Shown here piece after piece: positions 53,176 to 64,000 of a stretch of DNA of 64,000 nt. A program made the position numbers and the translations under genes. Under the pieces are notes generated by a model. It searched no databases, had not been told where the DNA came from, and saw only the letters and a program-made list of their open reading frames with translations. Within the stretch, counting starts at the first letter, position 1. Every line of letters begins with the position of its first letter. The stretch is from assembly GCA_964016885.1 (NCBI GenBank), contig OZ024741.1, positions 190,030,001 through 190,094,000 of the forward strand, read 5' to 3'. This DNA comes from Eledone cirrhosa (lineage: Eukaryota).

Positions 53176-53585
53176 AAACAAATTCACAGTGTACACACGT
53201 ATATACACACCCACACATATATATATATATATTAAGAAATCCATACAATATAGATATATAATATAATACAATATATATAATATAATATATAGATATATAA
53301 TATAATACAATATATATAATATAATATATAGATATATAATATAATATATAGATATATAATATAATATAAATATATAATATAATATATATAATATAATATA
53401 TATATAATATATATATATATAATATATATATATAATATAATATATATATAATATATATATAATATATATATATAATATAATATATAGATATATAATATAA
53501 TATAAAATATATAATATAATATATATATAATATATATATAAATATATAATATATATATATATATAATATATATATAATATATAAT

Positions 53586-53616
<31 letters not shown>

Positions 53617-54002
53617 ATATATATATAATATAATATATAATATAATATATATATATAATATATATATAATATAATATAATATAATATATATAAATAATAT
53701 ATATATAATATAATATAATATAATATATAATATAATATAATATAATATATATATAATATAATATATATATAATATAATATAATATAATATATATAATATA
53801 TATATAATATAATATATATATAATATAATATATATATTATATAATATATATATAATATAATATATATATAATATATATATATTATATATATTATATATAT
53901 ATATATATTATATATATATTATATTATATTATATTATAATATATAATATAATATAATATAATATATATAATATAATATATAATATAATATATATAATATA
54001 TA

Positions 54003-54043
<41 letters not shown>

Positions 54044-55368
54044 TATATAATATAATATATATATATAATATAATATATATATATAATATAATATATATAA
54101 TATAATATATATAATATAATATAATATAATATATATAATATAATAATATAATATAATATATATATTATATATAATTATATATATATAATATAATATATTA
54201 TATTATATATATTATATATTATATTATATATATATTATATATATATATATTATATATATATTATATTATATTATATATATATTATATTATATATATATTA
54301 TATTATATATATATTATATTATATATATATATATTATATTATATATATATATATATATATATATTATATTATATATATATATTATATTATATTATATTAT
54401 ATTATATATATATATATATATATTATATTATATATATATTATATTATATATATATTATATTATATTATATATTATATTATATATTATATTATATATATAT
54501 ATATATTATATTATATATATATATATTATATTATATATATATATATTATATTATATATATTATATAATTATATATAATTATATATATATAATTATATATA
54601 TATAATTATATATATATATATATAATATAATATAATATATATATAATATATAATATAATATAATATAATATATATATAATTATATATGTATATAATATAT
54701 ATAATATAATATATATATAATTATATATAATATAATATAATTATATATATAATATATATATAATTATATATATTATATATATAATATATATATAATTATA
54801 TATATAATATATATATAATTATATATATAATAATATATATAATAATATATATAATATATATATAATATATATATAATATATATATAATATATATATAATA
54901 TATATATAATATATATATAATATATATATAATATATATATAATAATATATATAATAATATATATAATATATATATATAATTATATATATATAATAATATA
55001 TATAATAATATATATAATATATATATAATATATATATAATATATAATTAATATATATATATAATATATATATAATATATATATATAATATATATATATAA
55101 TATATATATAATATATATATATAATATATATATAATATATATATATAATATATATATAATATATATATAATATATATATATAATATATATATAATATATA
55201 TATATAATATATATATATAATATATATATATAATATATATATATAATATATATATAATATATATATAATATATATATATAATATATATATATATAATATA
55301 TATATAATATATATATATATAATATATATATAATATATATATAATATAATATATATATATATATATAT

Positions 55369-55568
55369 NNNNNNNNNNNNNNNNNNNNNNNNNNNNNNNN
55401 NNNNNNNNNNNNNNNNNNNNNNNNNNNNNNNNNNNNNNNNNNNNNNNNNNNNNNNNNNNNNNNNNNNNNNNNNNNNNNNNNNNNNNNNNNNNNNNNNNNN
55501 NNNNNNNNNNNNNNNNNNNNNNNNNNNNNNNNNNNNNNNNNNNNNNNNNNNNNNNNNNNNNNNNNNNN
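55369..55568. other. Assembly gap (200 N)
   Basis: Run of exactly 200 n; a fixed-size scaffold join. Confidence 0.99.
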
Positions 55569-56253
55569 TATATTATATATATATATATTAATATATATAA
55601 ATAATATATATATTATAATATAATATATATATATATATATAATAATATAATATATATATTATATATATATAATATATATAATATATATAATATTAATATA
55701 ATATATATATATATAATATATATATATATAATATATATATATAATATAATATATATATATAATTATAATATATAATATAATATATATATATAAATATAAT
55801 ATATAAATAATATATATATATATAATATATAATATAATATATATATATAATTATAATATATATATATAATATATAATATATATATAATATATATATAATA
55901 ATATAATATATATATATATAATAATATAATTAATATTATATAATATAATATATATATAATATAATATATAAATATATAAATATAATATATAATTATATAT
56001 ATATATAATATAATATATATAATATATATATATATATAATATAATATATATAATATAATATAATATATATAATATAATATATATATATATATATTATAAT
56101 ATATATATATAATATAATATATTATATATATATATATATATAATAATAATATTATATATATATTATATATAATATATATATATAATATATAATATTATAT
56201 ATATATATATTATATATATATTATATTATATATATATTATATATATATTATAT

Positions 56254-56285
<32 letters not shown>

Positions 56286-56295
56286 ATATATATAT

Positions 56296-56392
<97 letters not shown>

Positions 56393-57201
56393 TATATATA
56401 TATAATATATATATATATAATATTATATATATTATATATTATATTATATTATATATATATATTATATATATTATTATATATATATATTATATTATATATA
56501 TTATATATATATATTATATTATTATATATATATATTATATATTATATATTATATATATTATATATATTATTATATTATATATATATATATATTATATATA
56601 TTATATATATAATATAATATAATATATATTATATTATATATATATATATATATATATATTATTATTATATATATTATATATATATATATAATATAATATA
56701 TATTATATTATATATTATATTATATATATTATATTATATATTATATATATTATATTATATTATATATATTATATTATATATATTATATAATTATATATAA
56801 TTATATATATATATAATATATATATAATATATATATAATATATATAATATATATATATAATATATATATATAATATATATATATAATATATATATATAAT
56901 ATATATATAATATATATATAATAATATATAATATATATATAATATATATATATAATATATATTATATATATAATATATATATATAATATATAATATATAT
57001 ATATAATATATATAATATATATAATATATATAATATATAGTAATAATATAATATAATATGTATATAATATGTATATAATATATTATAATATATAAATATA
57101 ATATATATATAATATATCTATAAATAATATATAAATAATATATAATATATAATATATCTATATATAAATATATAATATATATATAATATATATATAAATA
57201 T

Positions 57202-57233
<32 letters not shown>

Positions 57234-57309
57234 ATATATATATATATATAATATATATATAATATATAAATATAATATATATAAATATATATATAATATA
57301 TAATATATA

Positions 57310-57500
57310 AATAATTGTTTCTACTTTTGGCACAAGGCCAGCAATTACCCAGTGCATTACTGGTACTTTATTTTATCGACCCCGTAAGGATGAAAGGCAA
57401 AGTCAACCTCGGCGGGATTTGAACTCAGATCGTAAAGGGACGTAACTATGCTGGAAAGCATGGCGTCCGACCCTCTACCGATACTGCCAATCCACCGCCC
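57310..57500 (-). mobile_element. Full-length family A SINE inside the A/T array
   Basis: Near-consensus copy from GGGCGGTGGATTGGCAG to GTAGAAACAATTATT, flanked only by A/T simple sequence. Confidence 0.92.
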
Positions 57501-58408
57501 TATATAATATATAAATAATATATATATAATATCTATATATAATATATATATAATATATATATATATAATATATAATATATATATATATAATATATATATA
57601 TATAATATATATATAATATAATATATAATATATATAATATATAATATATATAATATAATATATATATAATATAATATATATAATATATATATAATATAAT
57701 ATATATATAATATAATATAATATATATATAATATAATATATATAATATAATATATATAATATAATATATAATATAATATATATATATAATATATATATAA
57801 TATATATAATATATATATATATAATATAATATATATATATATAATATAATATATAATATAATATAATATAATAATAATATAATATAATATAATATATATA
57901 TAATATATATATAATTATATATATATATATATATATAATATATATATATATAATATAATATATATATATAATATATATATAATATATATATATATAATAT
58001 AATATATATATATATAATATATAATAAATATATATATAATATAATATATATATATATATTATATATATATAATATAATATTATATATATATAATATATAT
58101 ATAATATAATATATATATAATATAATATATATATAATATAATATATATATAATATAATATATATATATAATATATATATAATATAATATATATATAATAT
58201 AATATATATATATAATATATATAATATATATATATATAATATAATATATATATATATAATATAATATATAATATAATATATAATATAATATATAATATAA
58301 TATATATATAATATATATATAATATATATATATAATATATATATAATATATATACATATATATTATATATGTACATATATATTATATATACACACTATAT
58401 ATACACAT

Positions 58409-58450
<42 letters not shown>

Positions 58451-58512
58451 TATATATATAAATATATATAAATATATATATATAAATATATATATATAAA
58501 TATATATATATA

Positions 58513-58598
<86 letters not shown>

Positions 58599-58750
58599 AA
58601 TATATATATATAAATATATATATATATAAATATATATATATAAATATATATATAAATATATATAAATAAATATAAATAAATATATATATATATATATAAA
58701 TATATATATAAATATATATAAAAAAAAATCTATATATAAATCTATATATC

Positions 58751-58789
<39 letters not shown>

Positions 58790-58856
58790 CTTCATATATA
58801 TATATATATATATCTTCATATATATATATATATATATATATATCTTCATATATATC

Positions 58857-58887
<31 letters not shown>

Positions 58888-58907
58888 CTTCATATATATA
58901 TATATAT

Positions 58908-59612
58908 ATCTTCATTCTTCTCACCATTTTTATTCCTTAGTCCATTCATTCTCTATCATTTTTTCCCCGAATCCAATCTTTGCCTTTCTACTCGATACTC
59001 TGTCGTATTTTCCAAAACAAATCTTGTATTTTTATTTTATGCTTGTTAATTATGCCCAAAATACGGGGATCTTATTTAAACCTTAACCTTCTCTTATTTA
59101 AACCTTACCTTGTCGCTAACTACCCCAACCTTAATTCTGTCGTATTTTCAAAACAAAACTCCTTATACATTTTTAAACATATTGTTATGCTGGCTAAATT
59201 ATGCCCCTAATTTCAAGGACTGTATTTAAACTCTCAACCTCTGCTCCCTTCTATCTTCTAAACCCCCCCCCCCCTTTACATCATGCTGGTTCGTGGCCAC
59301 CCCCACCCCCCCTCTATCACCATATACAAGATAAACCCTACAAGTACGAAAAAAATCAGAACCGCCAAATTCCTATTCCGGGATGGCTGCTTACATGGTA
59401 TAATGTAACGTACAAATATTTCTTCATTCTTCTCACCATTTTAATTCCTTAGTCCATTCATTCTCTATCATTTTTTCCCCCCGAATCCAATCTTTGCCTT
59501 TCTCCTCGATACTCTGTTGTATTTTCCAAAACAAATCTTGTATCTTTGTTTTATGCTTGTTAAATTATGCCCAAAAATACGGGGATCTTATTTAAACCTT
59601 AACCTTCTCGCT
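58908..59612. repeat. ~190-bp direct duplication with ~512-bp period
   Basis: TCTTCATTCTTCTCACCATTTT...AAACCTTAACCTTCTC at ~58908 and ~59421. Confidence 0.8.
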
Positions 59613-59921
59613 AACTACACAATATCCCTCCCACCCGCCCCCCACGCACCACCATTACGTGGACCAATCATAAGTCAGAGGCCTATACTATCGCTTACCT
59701 GATTGCCTTTCGATATGATGGATGGACTACGGGATTCTGGAGAGTTGAAAAGAAAAATCTGGACGCTCAGTGACAATGCCAAAGATAAAGACAAATTCAC
59801 CTCGTGGACGAGAATGCAAGCACTCCTCTTTGTTTCGACCGCGGATGGTTTTAAATATATATATATATATATAAAAATATATATATAAAATATATAAAAT
59901 ATATATATATATATATATAAA

Positions 59922-59953
<32 letters not shown>

Positions 59954-60111
59954 TATATATATATAAAATATATATATATATATAAAATATATATATATAT
60001 AAAATATATACTCTTTTACTCTTTTACCTGTTTCAGCCATCCGGCTGAGGGCCATGCTGGGGCACCGCCCTTGAAAATATATTATATATATAAAATATAA
60101 AATATATATAT

Positions 60112-60140
<29 letters not shown>

Positions 60141-60142
<2 letters not shown>

Positions 60143-61381
60143 GACCAAAGTACTAGTTTGTAGGAAAGAAAACAAGGCGGCGGTCCCTTCTGGGAAATGG
60201 TCGTGCTCGGTGTGTAGGAAAGGCGTAGGTAGAAACTCCATTTTATGTCCTAAATGCAAAGTATGGGTGCATAAAAGATGTAGTGGGATCACAGGTAGGC
60301 TAACTAAGAACATAGATTTTACATGTGGCCGGTGCTCTGGTGCAATAAGTAGCAGCAAGTGCCCACAAACTACTAGCTCTTTCAATTGCGCAGAGGGTTC
60401 TATAGAAATAGTGGACAGCTTCCGTTACCTGGGCGATAAAATCAGCAGTGGGGGAGGGTGCTCTGAAAGTACTGTAGCTAGAGTCAGAACTGGTTGGAAA
60501 AAGTTCAGAGAGCTTATACCACTATTAGCTGCTAAAGGGTTCTCACTAAAAATGAAAGGCAGGTTGTACGATGCCTGGCATACGAACAGCAATGCTGCAT
60601 GGCAGTGAGACCTGGGCATTGTGTGCAGAGGATATACGCAGACTAGAGAGGAACGAAGCTTGCATGCTCCGCTGGATGTGTAACAGTAATATACGTGAAC
60701 GGCAAAGCATAAACGAACTAAGGAATAAATTAGAGATAAGAGGGATCAGATGTTGTTTACTCGAGAGAAGGCTACGTTGGTATGGACACGTGATGCGCAT
60801 GAAAGTCGATAGCTGTATAACAAAGTGCAGGGCAATAAAGATAGACGGTAGTCACGGAATAGGCAGACCTAGAAAAACCTGGGACGAGCTGATAAACTCC
60901 GACATCACACACTTACACCTCTCCAAGACAATGTCACTGGACCGAGACCTTTGGCGGTACTCAGTAACAGAGAAGACCCGCCTTACCTAAATATATAGTA
61001 AAACCTACTCCAGCCAGTAGGCATCTCTAACAAATACACCCCGTCCCACCACCCCCACCCGATCCACACCCCCCCGTTCTATGTAAAGTTATGTTGGCGC
61101 CGCGCCATCGAGGCCGAAACAAATGAGATCGTGTAGGTGTCACGACAAAAAAACACACAGTCCACGCTGTAATGTGGCCGTGTAGGCAACACGGTAAAAA
61201 CCTCCCAGACCCACACTGTAAATGTGGTTGGTGTTAGGAAGGGCATCCAACTGTAGAAAACCTGCCAGACAGTCCTATGCGAGCAAGACAATCACTCTTG
61301 CCTCAAGTGGGACTACCCCCGTCCAAACCCATGCAAGCGTGGAACACGGACGTTAAACGCTGATGATGATGATGATGATGA
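60141..61381 (+). mobile_element. 5'-truncated RTE LINE, same family as 41326-43600
   Basis: High identity to 42360-43600, including the Cys finger, RRLRWYGHV and (GAT)n tail. Confidence 0.93.
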
Positions 61382-61483
61382 TATATATATATAAAATATA
61401 TATATATATAAAATATATACTCTTTTACTCTTTTACCTGTTTCAGCCATCCGGCTGAGGCCATGCTGGGGCACCGCCCTTGAA

Positions 61484-61508
61484 AATATATATATATATAT
61501 AAAATATA

Positions 61509-61563
<55 letters not shown>

Positions 61564-62386
61564 AAATATATATATAAAAATATATATATATATATAAAAT
61601 ATATATATATATATAAAATATAAAATATATATATAAAATATATATATATATATATAAAATATATATATATATATAAAATATATATATATATATAAAATAT
61701 AAAATATATATATAAAATATATATATAAAATATATATATATATATAAAATATAAAATATATATATAAAATATATATATAAAATATAAATATATAATATAT
61801 AAAAATAATATATAATATAAAATATATATATATATAAAATATATATATATATAAAATATATATATATATAAAAATATATATATATATAAAATATATATAT
61901 ATATAATATATATATATATATATAAAATATATATATATATATAAAATATAATATATATATATAAAATATATATATATATATATAAAATATATATATATAT
62001 ATAAAATATATATATATATAAAATATATATATATAAAATATATATATATAAAATATATATATATAAAATATATATATATAAAATATATATATATAAAATA
62101 TATATATAATAAAATATATATATATAAAATATATATATATATATATATATAAAATATATATATATAAAAATATATATATATATATAAAAATATATATATA
62201 TATATATAAAATATATATATATATATATAAAATATATATATATATATAAAATATATATATATATATATAAAATATATATATATATATAAAATATATATAT
62301 ATATATATATAAAATATATATATATATATAAAATATATATATATATAAAATATATATATATATATATATAAAATATATATATATAT

Positions 62387-62425
<39 letters not shown>

Positions 62426-62620
62426 TATATATATATATATAAAATATATATATATATATATAAAATATATATATATATATATAAAATATATATATATATA
62501 TATAAAATAATATATATATATAAAATATATATATATATATATAAAATATATATATATATATAAAATATATATATATATATATATAAAATATATATATATA
62601 TATAAAATATATATATATAT

Positions 62621-62659
<39 letters not shown>

Positions 62660-62968
62660 TATATATATATATAAATATATATATAATATATATATATAAA
62701 ATATATATATATATATAAAATATATATATATATATATATAAAATATATATATATATATATATAAAATATATATATATATATATATAAAATATATATATAT
62801 ATATATATAAAATATATATATATATATAAAATATATATATATATATATATAAAATATATATATATATATATATAAAATATATATATATATATATATAAAA
62901 TATATATATATATATATAAAATATATATATATATATATATATAAAATATATATATATATATATATAAA

Positions 62969-63000
<32 letters not shown>

Positions 63001-63291
63001 TATATATATATAAAATATATATATATATATATATATAAAATATATATATATATATATATAAAATATATATATATATATATAAAATATATATATATATATA
63101 TATATAAAATATATATATATATATATATAAAATATATATATATATATATAAAATATATATATATATATATATATAAAATATATATATATATATATATAAA
63201 ATATATATATATATATATATAAAATATATATATATATATATATAAAATATATATATATATATATATATAAAATATATATATATATATATAT

Positions 63292-63357
<66 letters not shown>

Positions 63358-63375
63358 TATATATATATAAAATAT

Positions 63376-63423
<48 letters not shown>

Positions 63424-63890
63424 TATATATATATATAAAATATATATATATATATATAAAATATATATATATATATATAAAATATATATATTATATATAA
63501 AAATATATATATATATATATAAAATATATATATATAAAATATATATATATATATATAAAATATATATATATATATATATAAAATATATATATATATATAA
63601 AATATATATATATAAATATAAAATATATATATATATATATAAAATATATATATATATATAAAATATATATATATATATATAAAATATATATATATATAAA
63701 ATATATATATATATAAAATATATATATATATAAAATATATATATATAAAATATATATATATATAAAATATATATATATATAAAATATATATATATATAAA
63801 ATATATATATATATAAAATATATATATATAAAATATATATATATATATATAAATATAATATATATATATAAAATATATATATATATAAAA

Positions 63891-63922
<32 letters not shown>

Positions 63923-64000
63923 TATATATATATATAAAATATATATATATATATATAAAATATAAAATATATATATATATATATAAAAGATATATATATA
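61484..64000. repeat. [(TA)nAAA]m compound microsatellite
   Basis: Variable (TA)n runs punctuated by AAAA to the window end. Confidence 0.95.

Larger units (their letters stand above)
53250..58910. repeat. Almost purely A/T cryptic microsatellite array
   Basis: Several kb of TATAA/TA/TTATA variants, interrupted by an N gap and one SINE. Confidence 0.95.

Noticed and set aside
57118-58927. Ile/Tyr-rich ORFs, also at 44580-45020
   Set aside because: Translations of A/T microsatellite.

Overview
AT-rich, repeat-dense animal genomic DNA; the SINE/LINE repertoire is most consistent with an octopod cephalopod (inference). It holds two convergent intron-containing genes. On + are the 3' exons of an LDLRAD3-like type I membrane receptor: Ig exon 12948-13247, LDLa exon 20771-20896, and a TM plus PPxY tail exon 21643-22496. 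On - are the last four coding exons of adenylosuccinate synthetase (40379-40255, 37602-37505, 35472-35323, 33110-33058). Most of the rest is mobile or repetitive DNA: three Helitrons, a non-coding LTR element, RTE and CR1 LINEs, a Penelope-like element (RT + GIY-YIG), two tRNA-derived SINE families, TTAA- and TA-flanked MITEs, minisatellites, and multi-kb A/T-only arrays with a 200-N gap. The most notable unannotated signal is a consensus-core minimal hammerhead ribozyme (about 48951-49002) inside a non-coding, inverted-repeat-bounded element. A variant hammerhead-like motif also lies in the Penelope 3' region, and a degenerate back-to-back pair lies at about 13.5 kb. Most short ORFs in the supplied track are repeat artefacts.
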